Positions 1 through 13,089 are shown, counted from the first letter of the stretch. The stretch is 62,694 nt of DNA from Pseudobdellovibrionaceae bacterium (GCA_030591685.1 JAUVAX010000011.1:1-62694); one strand, 5' to 3'. Notes: generated by a model from the sequence alone, not told the origin. Translations and numbers: made by a program.

Positions 1-1122
1 AATTTATATAATTTTAGAAACTTTTCTAAACTGAAACTACCATTATCACCGGGGCTTAATATTTTTTTAGGTGAAAATGGTCAAGGTAAAACAAACTTAC
101 TTGAATCTATTTATCTAGCCGTTAAAGGTAAGAGTTTTCGACCTAGTCAAGTATCCACATTAATCAACAAAGATATCAACAATACTTCCAAACTAGCGTT
201 GGCAAAAGTTAAGATAAAAAAAATAGAATGTTCAGAAGAAATAAAAGTACAACTCTCAGAAGAAAAAAAAACTTTTTTTTTAAATGATAAAAAAACAAGC
301 TCTAGAAAAATAATTCAAAAATTTCCAGTAATTTTATTTAGTCCAGAGAGTTTAACAGCTATTAAAGACGGCCCTGAACAAAGAAGAGATCTCATTGACG
401 AGTGGCTAGTTATTTGTGATATAAAAAATGAAAAAATACTTTCAGATTTTAAAAAAGTTCTTAAAGTTAGAAATAAAATACTTAGAGATTTTAAAAAAGG
501 GTTTTCAACCTTAATACAAACTCAAAGCTTATTAGAGGCCATAAATCAAAATTTTTTAAGCGCCTCTGTAAATTTAATGCAAGCAAGAGTGCAGTCATTA
601 AAATTAATATTAAATGATTTTAATAAAACCATGAGATTTATTACAAAAGACGAATTTGTGGATATTTCTGTGGATTACCTAGTGTCATCAGTGTCAGCTA
701 TGACATGGGGCTACGAGAAAACGAAAGATCAAATGATGCTGAGGGCCAAAGAATTACAAAGCTCTGAGCTTAATTCTGGGCTCACTTTAGTGGGTCCGCA
801 CAGGCATGATGTACAGTTTTTAATGTCTGGTGAGGATTCAAGGTATTATTGCTCGCAAGGTCAACAAAGAGCCCTGATTTTATCGTTTAAAATGGCACAA
901 ATAATCTGTCACCAAAGAGTTTATAATGACTATCCGTTATTATTGTTGGATGATGTTCTGTCCGAGCTTGATAAAACAAAAAGAAACCAATTAATTTTAT
1001 TTTTGAAGGGAATAAATGCTCAAATTTTTTTAACAACAACAGATTTGGCATTTAAGTTAAATGAGTTAAATAAAGACCTTGCGGTGTTTAATATTGAAAA
1101 AGGTCAAATAAAGTCAGTCTAG
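1..1122 (+). CDS. recF: DNA replication/repair protein RecF (5'-truncated by window edge)
   Basis: Frame open from base 1: NFRN...IFLGENGQGKTNLLESI (Walker A); later GPHRHD, SQGQQR, LLLDDVLSELD; directly upstream of gyrB. Confidence 0.97.
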   Translation, partial: NLYNFRNFSKLKLPLSPGLNIFLGENGQGKTNLLESIYLAVKGKSFRPSQVSTLINKDINNTSKLALAKVKIKKIECSEEIKVQLSEEKKTFFLNDKKTSSRKIIQKFPVILFSPESLTAIKDGPEQRRDLIDEWLVICDIKNEKILSDFKKVLKVRNKILRDFKKGFSTLIQTQSLLEAINQNFLSASVNLMQARVQSLKLILNDFNKTMRFITKDEFVDISVDYLVSSVSAMTWGYEKTKDQMMLRAKELQSSELNSGLTLVGPHRHDVQFLMSGEDSRYYCSQGQQRALILSFKMAQIICHQRVYNDYPLLLLDDVLSELDKTKRNQLILFLKGINAQIFLTTTDLAFKLNELNKDLAVFNIEKGQIKSV

Positions 1123-1140
1123 ATTTTGAAAGGGCAATGA

Positions 1141-3579
<2,439 letters not shown>

Positions 3580-3597
3580 AAGTTTTAAGGAAAAATA

Positions 3598-6042
3598 ATG
3601 GATACTACTGAAAACACAAACATACAGCCCGTTGATATTAACAAAGAAATGCGTGAGGCCTATTTACAATACTCTATGAGTGTAATTGTTGGACGAGCTT
3701 TACCTGACGTTAGAGATGGGTTAAAGCCTGTTCACCGAAGAATCTTATTTGCGATGAATGATTTAGGTAACTATCATAACAAACCTTATAAAAAATCAGC
3801 TCGTATTGTTGGGGATGTCATCGGTAAGTACCATCCGCACGGAGATACGGCGGTTTATGATACCATGGTAAGAATGGCTCAGGAGTTTTCTTTAAGACAC
3901 CCCCTCGTCGACGGGCAAGGTAACTTTGGTTCTGTCGATGGAGATTCACCGGCAGCCCAACGTTATACCGAAGTTAGAATGACAAAATTAGCAGAGGAAC
4001 TTTTAGAGGACATTGAAAAAGACACAGTACCTTTTCAACCAAACTATGATGATTCACTAATGATACCTACAGTGCTGCCGGCAAAGTTTCCGAATCTTTT
4101 AGCTAATGGTAGTTCAGGGATTGCTGTGGGTATGGCTACAAATATACCGCCACATAACTTAGGTGAGTTGATCGACGGGTGTATTAACTTAATTAATAAC
4201 CCTGAAATTACAATAGATGACCTTATGAAAGATATTAAGGGGCCGGACTTTCCAACCTCTGGTATTATTTCTGGAACTACAGGTATTCACCAGGCCTATA
4301 AAAAAGGTCGCGGCATTATTACTATTAAGGCTGTTGCAGAAATTATTTCGGTTAAAGATCGAGAGCAGATTATTGTTACAGAAATCCCATATCAGGTAAA
4401 TAAAGCTAAGCTTATTGAAAGCATGGCCTCTTTGGTAAGAGAAAAACGCGTTGAGGGTATCTCAGATATTCGAGATGAGTCCTCTAGAGAGGGCATGAGA
4501 ATTGTAATTTTTTGTAAACGAAACGAAAACGCCCAGGTCATTTTAAATCGTTTATATAAATTTACACAGATGCAAGTGAGTTATGGAATCATAATGCTCG
4601 CTATTGATTCAAAAAAACGACCAAAAACTTTTGATTTAAAGGGAATGTTAGACTCTTTCGTTGAGCATCGAAAAGATGTTGTTACTAGAAGGTGTATTTT
4701 TGAGCTTAAAAAGGCTCAAGCAAGAGCCCATATTTTAGAGGGCTTAAAAAAGGCCTTGGATCAAATAGATGCCGTTATAGAAACGATAAGAGCTTCAAAA
4801 GAGGCTGCCGTAGCAAAGTCTAATTTAATGGAAAGATTTTCCTTCACTGAGGAGCAATCGCAAGCCATATTAGAAATGCGTCTGCAAAGGTTAACAGGTC
4901 TAGAGCGACAAAAAATATTAAATGAACTTGAAGACCTGAAGGAAAAAATTAACTGGCTGACGAAGGTGTTAGCAGACGTTAATGAAGTGTATAAAATTAT
5001 CATTGAAGAATTAGTAGATATAAAAAAGAAGTTTGCTAATAAACGTAGAACAAAAATTGAAGTTAATGAATCTGAAACAGAGGTAGAAGACTTAATAGCT
5101 AATGAAGAGGTTATTGTTTTACTAACGTTCTCTGGAAATATAAAAAGAATCCCCGTTGAAGACTACAGATTACAAAAAAGGGGTGGCAAGGGCCTTAAGG
5201 GGGCCCAAACAAAAGATGAGGATTATGTGTGGAAAATTTTTGGCACAGATACTCATACAACATTACTTTCATTCTCTGATCGCGGAAAAGCATATTGGAC
5301 AAAGGTTTATAAGGTCCCTCAGGGGAGCCGCACGAGTCGCGGTAAATCAATACGAAATGTGATTAATTTATCTGGTGGTGAAAATGTAAGAGCCGTGTTG
5401 CCTATTAAAAATTTTGGTGAGCCAGGATTTGTTGTTTTACTAACAGAAAAAGGGATTATTAAAAAAACTGCGCTTGATTTATATTCGAAGCCAAGGCCAT
5501 CAGGTTTGATAGCTTTAACTACGGATCTTGAAGATAATTTAACAGCGGCTCATACAAGTACCGGAGGCTGTGATATTTTTATAGCCACTCGTCAAGGAAT
5601 GTCGATTCGGTTTAACGAAAATGATGTTCGAGGTATGGGGCGCTCGGCCCGTGGGGTAAAAGGAATTACGTTAGGCAAAGAAGACACTGTGATAGGCATG
5701 GAAGTGATACCTAAAAACTGTGAACATACGATTTTAATTGTTACAGAGGGTGGTTACGGCAAAAGAACACCGCTTAATGAGTACAGGGTACAAAGTCGAG
5801 GTGGCGTTGGAATTATTACTCAAAAGACGACTGATAAAGTGGGCAAGGTTGTTGCGGCTAAATTAGTAAGTAACGATGAGCATATAATGATAACAACAAA
5901 TGAGGGTCAGGCCATACGAATGAAGTGTTCTGATATTTCTAAGTTTGGCAGAAACACTCAAGGCGTTCGTTTGATAAACATTAAATCAGGTGAAAGAATT
6001 ACTGGTTTAGCTGTGCTAGATGCAGATGAAGATAATAATTAA
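3598..6042 (+). CDS. gyrA: DNA gyrase subunit A
   Basis: [29 protein letters not shown], GyrA-box QKRGGKG, beta-pinwheel repeats. Confidence 0.99.
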   Translation: MDTTENTNIQPVDINKEMREAYLQYSMSVIVGRALPDVRDGLKPVHRRILFAMNDLGNYHNKPYKKSARIVGDVIGKYHPHGDTAVYDTMVRMAQEFSLRHPLVDGQGNFGSVDGDSPAAQRYTEVRMTKLAEELLEDIEKDTVPFQPNYDDSLMIPTVLPAKFPNLLANGSSGIAVGMATNIPPHNLGELIDGCINLINNPEITIDDLMKDIKGPDFPTSGIISGTTGIHQAYKKGRGIITIKAVAEIISVKDREQIIVTEIPYQVNKAKLIESMASLVREKRVEGISDIRDESSREGMRIVIFCKRNENAQVILNRLYKFTQMQVSYGIIMLAIDSKKRPKTFDLKGMLDSFVEHRKDVVTRRCIFELKKAQARAHILEGLKKALDQIDAVIETIRASKEAAVAKSNLMERFSFTEEQSQAILEMRLQRLTGLERQKILNELEDLKEKINWLTKVLADVNEVYKIIIEELVDIKKKFANKRRTKIEVNESETEVEDLIANEEVIVLLTFSGNIKRIPVEDYRLQKRGGKGLKGAQTKDEDYVWKIFGTDTHTTLLSFSDRGKAYWTKVYKVPQGSRTSRGKSIRNVINLSGGENVRAVLPIKNFGEPGFVVLLTEKGIIKKTALDLYSKPRPSGLIALTTDLEDNLTAAHTSTGGCDIFIATRQGMSIRFNENDVRGMGRSARGVKGITLGKEDTVIGMEVIPKNCEHTILIVTEGGYGKRTPLNEYRVQSRGGVGIITQKTTDKVGKVVAAKLVSNDEHIMITTNEGQAIRMKCSDISKFGRNTQGVRLINIKSGERITGLAVLDADEDNN

Positions 6043-6838
6043 GATATTTTTATTTTCATGGTGTGTGTTGCTCTTAAGTTCGTGCGAACTTTCAACAGCA
6101 AGACTTGAGTACAACAGAGCCATAAGGGCAAAAAAAAACCAGGACTATGAGGTTTCACTTAAATATTTTAAAAGAGTTGCTAAAAGAAAACCGGAAACAA
6201 GTTTAGCATTAGAGTCAGCTATTCAAGGAGCTAGGCTAGCTCATTTTGATGTGCAAGACTATAACTCGGCGATCGAACTGTATAAATTTATTATTATTTA
6301 CTCTGACAAACTTAGTGTGGTCTATGAAGCTCAGTTTGAACTGGCAAATCTATATTATTCAAAAACTCTTAATTATAAAAAAGCTATAATTGAGTACAGC
6401 AAACTTCTACAACTAAAAAATTCAACAAAAAATAAAATAATAATTAAAACGAATATTGCTAAATCTCAGTACCATTTAAATAATTTCTATCAAGCCAATG
6501 TTGAAATAAAAGAATTACTTAAAGAGGACATTTCGGAAGAAAAAAAGTTTGAAATACTTTTATTTAAAGGAAACACGCTTGTAACAATAAAAAAACATAA
6601 GCAGGCCATAAGTGTATTTAAAAAACTCATTATTGACTACCCAGACCGTTCGTTAAAAGAGAAAGTTTTTTTAAATGTTTCTGTTTGTTTTGAGGAAATG
6701 AGCGATTTTAAAAGTGCAATAAAAATCATTGATGGTCAAAAGGGTAAGTATCCCGACACCGATTTTTTAGATCATAAAATACGAAGATTGCAGCAAAGAC
6801 GAAAAAATTTACCAGGAGCAAGGGGGCTTGTTAGATAA
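6026..6838 (+). CDS. TPR lipoprotein (BamD/CpoB-like repeats)
   Basis: Lipobox LSSC, helical TPR-like repeats; overlaps gyrA stop; start at 6020 or 6026. Confidence 0.75.
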   Translation: MKIIIKIFLFSWCVLLLSSCELSTARLEYNRAIRAKKNQDYEVSLKYFKRVAKRKPETSLALESAIQGARLAHFDVQDYNSAIELYKFIIIYSDKLSVVYEAQFELANLYYSKTLNYKKAIIEYSKLLQLKNSTKNKIIIKTNIAKSQYHLNNFYQANVEIKELLKEDISEEKKFEILLFKGNTLVTIKKHKQAISVFKKLIIDYPDRSLKEKVFLNVSVCFEEMSDFKSAIKIIDGQKGKYPDTDFLDHKIRRLQQRRKNLPGARGLVR

Positions 6839-7056
6839 TGAAAAAGGGTAAAGGTATAATTTTTATTGGTATTGGATTTGAGCTTATGGTGGCTGTTTTA
6901 GGAGGATTATTTGTAGGTCAAAAAATAGATAAATATATGAGCACAAAAGGTGTATTTACAATTCTACTTATGATTATGGGACTATTGGCATGGGCGATAC
7001 ACTTTATTGTTTTAATAAAAAAATTTAGTAACGAAAATAATGGCCCCGAAAAATGA
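6838..7056 (+). CDS. AtpZ/AtpI-family small membrane protein
   Basis: 72 aa, two TM segments, GxGxE...GQKIDKY pattern; heads the atp cluster. Confidence 0.75.
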   Translation: MKKGKGIIFIGIGFELMVAVLGGLFVGQKIDKYMSTKGVFTILLMIMGLLAWAIHFIVLIKKFSNENNGPEK

Positions 7057-7451
7057 GCTCAAAATCGGGACCTAATATTAATACCTTTAATTATTTTCGC
7101 CCGGTGTACTTTCAAATAATTGGGTCATTTGTGGCCCTGGCGATAACGCTAAGCATTAGCGAGGATAAAGCGCTCTTTATGGGCGTTTTCTTTGGTGCAC
7201 TTATCATAACTGTAGATCTTTTCATTCTATGCTGGTTGTTAAAACGAATTTTTTTAAAAAAATCAATTGCCTTGAGTCTTAGTCTCATTGTATTTAAGTG
7301 GGCGATTTTAGGTTTAATAATTTATTTAATGTTTAAATATTTTAACGTCAGTGGCTTAGGGATTTTTGTAGGGTTATCCACATTAATAGTAAGCACTTTA
7401 TTTTTGGTAACAATGAGTTTAGTAACGAAAGAGCAAAATGGTACATTTTAA
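7053..7451 (+). CDS. atpI: ATP synthase subunit I-like membrane protein
   Basis: About four TM helices; directly upstream of atpB. Confidence 0.65.
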   Translation: MSSKSGPNINTFNYFRPVYFQIIGSFVALAITLSISEDKALFMGVFFGALIITVDLFILCWLLKRIFLKKSIALSLSLIVFKWAILGLIIYLMFKYFNVSGLGIFVGLSTLIVSTLFLVTMSLVTKEQNGTF

Positions 7452-8142
7452 CTGGACACAATTAATACCTGGGGTTGGCCATGAGTACATTCATGTCGCC
7501 ACAGCCTTGATTGTGAGCCTTTTTTTGATTGTTTTTGCTGTACTTGGACGAGTTGCTTTAGGTACAGGTGAAGCGGCGATAGGGCCCTCAGGGAAGCTTT
7601 CAATAAAAGGTGTTTTTGAGCTCATAACGGAATTTATCGTTAGTTTAACAGTTATGGTTATTGGTGAAAAGGGGCGTCATTATACGCCGATGTTTGCCGC
7701 CATCTTCCTTTTTATTTTCATTAATAATATTACAGGCTTACTACCGGGCATGACACCAGCCACGGATAATATGAATACAACTATAGCAGTGGGTCTGTTT
7801 TCATTTATAATTTATAATTTATTTGGACTAAAAGAGCACGGAATTGCCTATTTAAAGCACTTTTTAGGGCCGAGTTTACCTTGGTATTTATTTTTTATTC
7901 CAATTATGATGCTTTGTATTGAGCTTATTTCACACACTGTTAGGCCGTTTAGTTTAGCACTGCGACTAAGAGGGAACATGACAGGCGACCATGCTGTTTT
8001 AAGTGCCTTTTTAGATCTCGTACCCATAGTAGTGCCGGTCGCATTTTATTGTTTAGGTCTTTTTGTCTGTTTTATGCAGGCATTTGTATTTACCTTATTG
8101 ACCATGATTTACGTATCTATGGCAATATCGCACGACCACTAA
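7438..8142 (+). CDS. atpB: ATP synthase Fo subunit a
   Basis: NNITGLLPG, ELISHTVRPFSLALRLRGNM, QAFVFTLLTMIY. Confidence 0.97.
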   Translation: MVHFNWTQLIPGVGHEYIHVATALIVSLFLIVFAVLGRVALGTGEAAIGPSGKLSIKGVFELITEFIVSLTVMVIGEKGRHYTPMFAAIFLFIFINNITGLLPGMTPATDNMNTTIAVGLFSFIIYNLFGLKEHGIAYLKHFLGPSLPWYLFFIPIMMLCIELISHTVRPFSLALRLRGNMTGDHAVLSAFLDLVPIVVPVAFYCLGLFVCFMQAFVFTLLTMIYVSMAISHDH

Positions 8143-8156
8143 GGGAGAAAAGCAAA

Positions 8157-8465
8157 ATGAAAAAAGCTATTATTACGACGATGTTACTATTAGGATCTAT
8201 TCCTGCACTAGCTGAAGAGGTTGCACAGGCAACAGCAGAGGCGGCCACAGGATCTGGCGGATTACGTTTTATCGCCATTGGTTTTGCAGTGGGCATTGCT
8301 GCTCTCGGTGGAGCATTAGGGCAAGGTAAAATTGGAGCCTCAGCAATGGATGGAATTGCTAGAAATCCACAGGCTTATAAAGAAATGTTCATACCAATGA
8401 TTTTAGGCTTAGTGTTTATTGAGTCTCTAGTTATTTATGCTTTAGTTTTAGCCTTTATTCTTTAA
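8157..8465 (+). CDS. atpE: ATP synthase Fo subunit c with signal-peptide-like N-terminus
   Basis: GxxGxxxGQG, IARNP loop, FIESLVIYAL; ATG 8157 after GGGAG RBS (ORF-track start 8049 lies inside atpB). Confidence 0.96.
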   Translation: MKKAIITTMLLLGSIPALAEEVAQATAEAATGSGGLRFIAIGFAVGIAALGGALGQGKIGASAMDGIARNPQAYKEMFIPMILGLVFIESLVIYALVLAFIL

Positions 8466-8482
8466 AAAACTCTAATAAAAGA

Positions 8483-8522
8483 AAATTAAAAAAGCAGGCC
8501 TTATGTCCTGCTTTTTTAATTT
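8483..8522. terminator. Intrinsic terminator closing the gyr-atp run
   Basis: AAATTAAAAAAGCAGG-N8-CCTGCTTTTTTAATTT perfect inverted repeat with T/A tracts. Confidence 0.9.
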
Positions 8523-8642
8523 AAAAAGTATGAAGTGCCCGCGTTTAGGGCCTTATTTACATTTAAAATTAATTTTTAAATATTTTTTCGTTTGTAGCGA
8601 CTAAAGTCTTGCTCCTTTGAGAAAAGAAACAAGCTAAGTGGC

Positions 8643-8670
8643 TTAAGTCATTCATGTTTTTTGCCGAAAA
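8643..8670 (+). promoter_or_regulatory. Sigma28 (FliA)-like promoter
   Basis: TTAAG-N15-GCCGAAAA ending 20 bp upstream of ATG 8691; compare consensus TAAA-N15-GCCGATAA. Confidence 0.6.
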
Positions 8671-8690
8671 TACATTGTATAGGGCAAAAC

Positions 8691-10712
8691 ATGGCAGATG
8701 ATAAAAATGTAAAAACAACTGAGCTTATTGACGGTGTACCTCCTGATAAACAGGAGCTTCGGCTTTTATTTTTAGTTAAGCATCCAAATAAAGTGCAGCA
8801 AATCACAAAATACTTAACTCGAAGAGGTTGGCCCTCAAAAACAGTGGGGAGTTTTACGGAGCTTGTTGGTCTTGTGAGCGAGTTCGTACCGCACTATGTG
8901 ATACTAAGCATAAATCATCCAAGTAAAAAAATATTAACTCTTCCAGATATTATAGTACAAACATTTAATTCGCGTTGTATTTTTATTGGTGAGGATATGA
9001 GTGCCAAGACTATGCAATCACTGGATAGGATTAAACAACATAAAGTAATAAAAACAAATATAAGTGGACCAAGCATACATAGAAATATTATTGAAATAAT
9101 TAAATCAGAGCAAAACTTAGAAAAAGCGAACAAAAAGAAATTAGCTCAATCCAAAAAAACAAATAAAAATCCAATTAAAATGGAAGAGTCAAAGCAGGCA
9201 GAAGTAAGCACTAATAATGAAAGAGTAATCGTTGAAGGCAATGTAGTCATTAAAAGTCAGTCACAAAACTTAAGCTCATCGAAAAGTAATTCCAACGAGG
9301 CTGAAGAAAAGGAAAGGGGCAGTGCTTTTGCAAGTGAGACCTCAGACGACAGCCAAGAGAACGCGGTGGTAGGTAAAGCCGAAAACACAGAGGACTTGAA
9401 CCTAACCGATAAGAATCAAGATGAGTACGAAGACCCATTTGATGACGGTGGTTTTTTTGATTCAATGGACTATGACGGAGAATCAGAGGATATAAAGCCC
9501 GTCATCAAACAAGCAACCCCAGAAGATATAAATATAGAAAACAAAGATAAAGAGGCTAATTCTGAAGTTCTATCGACTGCGAATGCTGAAAGTGCAAACA
9601 TTGAAGGTGTGAACGGCGAAGGAGCAGAAGAGTACATCCCTTTAGAGAGCAGCAAAACAGAAAGCAGAGCCAGCCAAATCCAGGCTGAAAATGAAGCCAC
9701 AGAAATAAAAAGTTCAGAGCAAGATGAGCCGCAGAAAATTGAAAAATTAAATGATATTAAAGCAGAGAGTCTAACAGAGCCGTCTGTCGCAATGAAAGAG
9801 GAAGTAAACCCAGAACCGTTGGATTTAGAAAAACCAGAGGACACAGGAGACAAAGCTTCAGAGGACTCAGTAGATGCTGTTAAAATAGCTGCCAAGACCG
9901 TAGGCTCAGAAAAAATAAGCACAGATGTTAAGGGTCTAAAAAATGCAAATCCAGAAAGTGAAACAGTAGAAGACAATAAAATACTAAAGAACTTGAAAAA
10001 AGCGATGGGGAACAAGCAAACAGGTTTATTTCATGAAATTGTAAATGAAAGTTTCTTAAAACTTTGCGATCAAAACAGCGAAAAGCTAGTTTCTTTAGAA
10101 ATAGTAGATAAAACAAGTTGTTTGTTTATAACCTCAAAAAACAACATGGGGTATTTAATGATTGCAAGTTCTGGCGCAGAAGTGGACATGGAGTTGGCCA
10201 AAAGCTTAAGAGTTGACATTGAAAAAAGACTTTTAGAATTAAATGATGAGTACGTTATAGAAACAGAACAGGTTATTAAAATTGATGCCGTTGATTTCAG
10301 CAGCTATGCTAGTGAGACCTCAGAATTTAGCATTAAATCTAGACACAAGGGCAATGAGGTTATGATTTCATTTTTTGAAATGGAGAAGATAGAACCTAAA
10401 ATATATGAGCAAGATAAAGGAAAATTAAAAATCGAACTTTCTGATTTTTCAGTAAACGTTCCGTGCCAGTGCTCTGTATATATGTACCTTGAAAAAAATG
10501 AAAAATTTTACCTTTATTTAAACGAAGGCAGCAGCCTTCAACAAAAGCAAAAGGAAAAGTTAATTAAGAACAATATAAAGCATTTATATATAGACGGCGA
10601 AGATCAAGAAAAATTCAAAAAATGTAGCTCAAAGTTTTTTGTTATTAATTCGATAAACACGTACTTACAAAAAATAATAAAAGAAGAGAAATTAAAAAAA
10701 GACGTCGCCTAG
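8691..10712 (+). CDS. Hypothetical protein: degenerate receiver-like N-domain, long acidic linker, globular C-domains
   Basis: N-terminal beta/alpha pattern resembling REC (LRLLFLV...YLTRRGW...PHYVILSIN); E/D/S/N-rich middle; ATG 8691 preferred to TTG 8661. Confidence 0.75.
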   Translation: MADDKNVKTTELIDGVPPDKQELRLLFLVKHPNKVQQITKYLTRRGWPSKTVGSFTELVGLVSEFVPHYVILSINHPSKKILTLPDIIVQTFNSRCIFIGEDMSAKTMQSLDRIKQHKVIKTNISGPSIHRNIIEIIKSEQNLEKANKKKLAQSKKTNKNPIKMEESKQAEVSTNNERVIVEGNVVIKSQSQNLSSSKSNSNEAEEKERGSAFASETSDDSQENAVVGKAENTEDLNLTDKNQDEYEDPFDDGGFFDSMDYDGESEDIKPVIKQATPEDINIENKDKEANSEVLSTANAESANIEGVNGEGAEEYIPLESSKTESRASQIQAENEATEIKSSEQDEPQKIEKLNDIKAESLTEPSVAMKEEVNPEPLDLEKPEDTGDKASEDSVDAVKIAAKTVGSEKISTDVKGLKNANPESETVEDNKILKNLKKAMGNKQTGLFHEIVNESFLKLCDQNSEKLVSLEIVDKTSCLFITSKNNMGYLMIASSGAEVDMELAKSLRVDIEKRLLELNDEYVIETEQVIKIDAVDFSSYASETSEFSIKSRHKGNEVMISFFEMEKIEPKIYEQDKGKLKIELSDFSVNVPCQCSVYMYLEKNEKFYLYLNEGSSLQQKQKEKLIKNNIKHLYIDGEDQEKFKKCSSKFFVINSINTYLQKIIKEEKLKKDVA

Positions 10713-10730
10713 CCCCTGCCAAAAGTAAGT

Positions 10731-12101
10731 TTATAATAAGGGCTTTATAACCTGCTCAAAGCCATTTTTTATATATTTTAGTTGCTCCGCAGTTTCAGCT
10801 TCAAACCGTATAACTAATACGGGTTGAGTGTTAGAGGCTCGAGCCAGCGCCCACCCATATTTATAAGAAACCCTGAGGCCATCTAAAGTGTTTATTTTGT
10901 ACTCATCTGTATCACATGAAAACTTCTGCTTGAGCTTTTCAACGATAAGATGTTTTTTGTCTTCAGTGGTGTCGATTCTTATTTCAGGGGTGTTGACGGC
11001 AGGGGGAAGGCCCTCTAGAAGCTCTGAGATGGTCTTTCCGGTATTAGAAATTATCTCTATAAGTCTTAAGCCTGCATATAGAGCATCATCGTATCCGTAG
11101 TTTCGGTCAGCAAAAAAGATATGTCCACTGAGCTCTCCACCAAAAGGAGCTTTTTCAGTTTTGATTTTGTCCTTAATTAGACTATGCCCCGTTTTCCACA
11201 TAATAGGGTTGCCGCCCATTTTTTTAATATCTAAGTAAAGGCGATCTGAACACTTTACGTCCCCAATAATTTTTGCATCCGGATTATTGGCTAAAATTGC
11301 TCTTGAAAAAATCAACATAAGCTCATCGCCAAAAATCATTTTACCATTATTATCGACAACGCCGATTCGGTCCGCATCACCATCAAAGCCAATGCCCACA
11401 AGTGAGGAGGTCTCCTTTACAGCCAACTTAAGGTCCCCTAGGTTTTTTTCAACTGTTGGGTCAGGGTGATGGTTTGGAAAGGTTCCATCGGGCTTTTCAA
11501 AGAGTATTGTAGGGCTGAGACCTATAGCCTCGTATAACTTACGAGCAATGCATCCAGCGGCCCCATTGCCACAATCTAAAACAAAAGGGATTGGCTTTAG
11601 ATTTTTAAACTCCTCTTTATAACGAGCAACATATTGATCAAAAATTTTATAATCGTCACTTGATCCATTTCCGGACACGAAATCCTGATCCTTGATCAGT
11701 GACTCAAGTGATTTTATTTCGGAACCATGAATTGTTGAGTTACCCACCGATATTTTAAAGCCATTGTACTCGGGAGGGTTGTGGCTCCCGGTTATGATAA
11801 TGCCACCCTCAATGTTATCAACAGTGAAGGTTGAGTAATAACTGATAGGGGTAGTTATTAGCCCCAGTTGAATGACCTGCGCTCCAGAGTTGACCATGCC
11901 TCTTGTGAGGGCTTCATTTATTGAAGGGCTAGAGAGCCGAGCATCGTGCCCAAGGCTTACAAGTGGGGTTTTATTGTTTGTTTTTTTAATGATATAACTA
12001 ATAAAAGCCTTCCCTAAATTTTCAGCAAACTCAAGGTCGTAGTCTTTTTCGTAGACTCCACGGATATCGTATTCTCTAAAAATGGAACTATTCATAATCA
12101 T
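10731..12101 (-). CDS. Phosphomannomutase/phosphoglucomutase (AlgC-type)
   Basis: IFREYDIRG, TGSHNPPEYNG, FDGDADR, GELSGH, RASNTQP. Confidence 0.96.
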   Translation of the reverse strand: MIMNSSIFREYDIRGVYEKDYDLEFAENLGKAFISYIIKKTNNKTPLVSLGHDARLSSPSINEALTRGMVNSGAQVIQLGLITTPISYYSTFTVDNIEGGIIITGSHNPPEYNGFKISVGNSTIHGSEIKSLESLIKDQDFVSGNGSSDDYKIFDQYVARYKEEFKNLKPIPFVLDCGNGAAGCIARKLYEAIGLSPTILFEKPDGTFPNHHPDPTVEKNLGDLKLAVKETSSLVGIGFDGDADRIGVVDNNGKMIFGDELMLIFSRAILANNPDAKIIGDVKCSDRLYLDIKKMGGNPIMWKTGHSLIKDKIKTEKAPFGGELSGHIFFADRNYGYDDALYAGLRLIEIISNTGKTISELLEGLPPAVNTPEIRIDTTEDKKHLIVEKLKQKFSCDTDEYKINTLDGLRVSYKYGWALARASNTQPVLVIRFEAETAEQLKYIKNGFEQVIKPLL

Positions 12102-12153
12102 TTTCAAACTCCAAACTCTTAAGCATAACTATTATCGTCTTAGATGTTAAAAA

Positions 12154-13089
12154 TCACCTAAAAGAACTGTTTAAAGTGAAATTTATAGCAGAAATCATGG
12201 ATTTTGGATTGGCCATATTTTGTCCATAAATATTCTCTGCAGTGCCATGATCAACACTTGTTCTCAAAAAAGGCAACCCAAGGGTTACTTGCAGTCCGTC
12301 ATCTTGGCCGTGCGCCATTTTAAACGGTATGAGCCCCTGGTCATGGTAAGCACATATAATCACACTATATTTATCAATGTTAGATGGTAAAAAGGCGGCG
12401 TCTGGCACGAGGGGCCCAAAAACATCTACAGGGCAGGCACTGACTACATTACTAAAACGGACCTCGTCCTGGCCGATGAGGCCTTCCTCACCAGCATGAG
12501 GGTTAAGGCCAAGGAGAGCCAAGGGCTTTTTTTTCAAGGCCATAGAAAGTTGCTCTCTTAGTGCTGCAGCAGCTTGTAGTCCCTTATATATAAGGTCTTC
12601 AGAAAGGCGACTCGTGACCTCTGATACAGGAATATGATCGGTAAGAAGCAAAATATTAAAATGACCCCCAACAAATCCCATAAAAATATCATTCTCTGGA
12701 AACCTCTTTCTAAATAAGTCTGTGTGCCCGAGAACCTCTAGTTCGCTGGACATAGACGTTCTTTTTGAAAGAGGGCCTGTAACTAAGGCACAATTCTTAT
12801 TTTCAAGACAGAGGTCAATACACTCATTGACCCACAAGGCGGAGTTGTCAGTCCTAGAGACTAAAAACAGGCCCCCGGAGTGATCTGAAGAAATTTCTGA
12901 AGCAATATTCTTAGAAATTATCGAATTCGGAAGAGCGTCTAAGACAAGGGTCTCTTCGGACTTAGGAATAAAAAGAAAAATGTTAACGTCTTGAATTTCA
13001 TTTGAAAGAGTCTGAAGAGCTTTTACAGAAACCTCAGCTCCGATACCCCGGGGGTCACCGGAGGTGATAAATATACTTTTATTTACCAT
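12154..13089 (-). CDS. pdxA: 4-hydroxythreonine-4-phosphate dehydrogenase PdxA
   Basis: GDPRGIGAE, GHT, GLNPHAGE, YHDQGLIPFK, RTSVDHGTA; follows surA; start approximate. Confidence 0.93.
   Translation of the reverse strand: MVNKSIFITSGDPRGIGAEVSVKALQTLSNEIQDVNIFLFIPKSEETLVLDALPNSIISKNIASEISSDHSGGLFLVSRTDNSALWVNECIDLCLENKNCALVTGPLSKRTSMSSELEVLGHTDLFRKRFPENDIFMGFVGGHFNILLLTDHIPVSEVTSRLSEDLIYKGLQAAAALREQLSMALKKKPLALLGLNPHAGEEGLIGQDEVRFSNVVSACPVDVFGPLVPDAAFLPSNIDKYSVIICAYHDQGLIPFKMAHGQDDGLQVTLGLPFLRTSVDHGTAENIYGQNMANPKSMISAINFTLNSSFR

Noticed and set aside
7374..7382. Single perfect DnaA box in atpI and scattered WTCCACA hits (e.g. 2292, 5228, 11192, 54889)
   Set aside because: Isolated and intragenic; my rough estimate is over a dozen chance 7-mer hits in a window this size
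9470..10015. 181-aa antisense ORF (also 21462-21947, 54595-55047 and many short shadow ORFs)
   Set aside because: Antisense or off-frame to well-supported genes, composition mirrors sense-strand codons, no RBS or motifs
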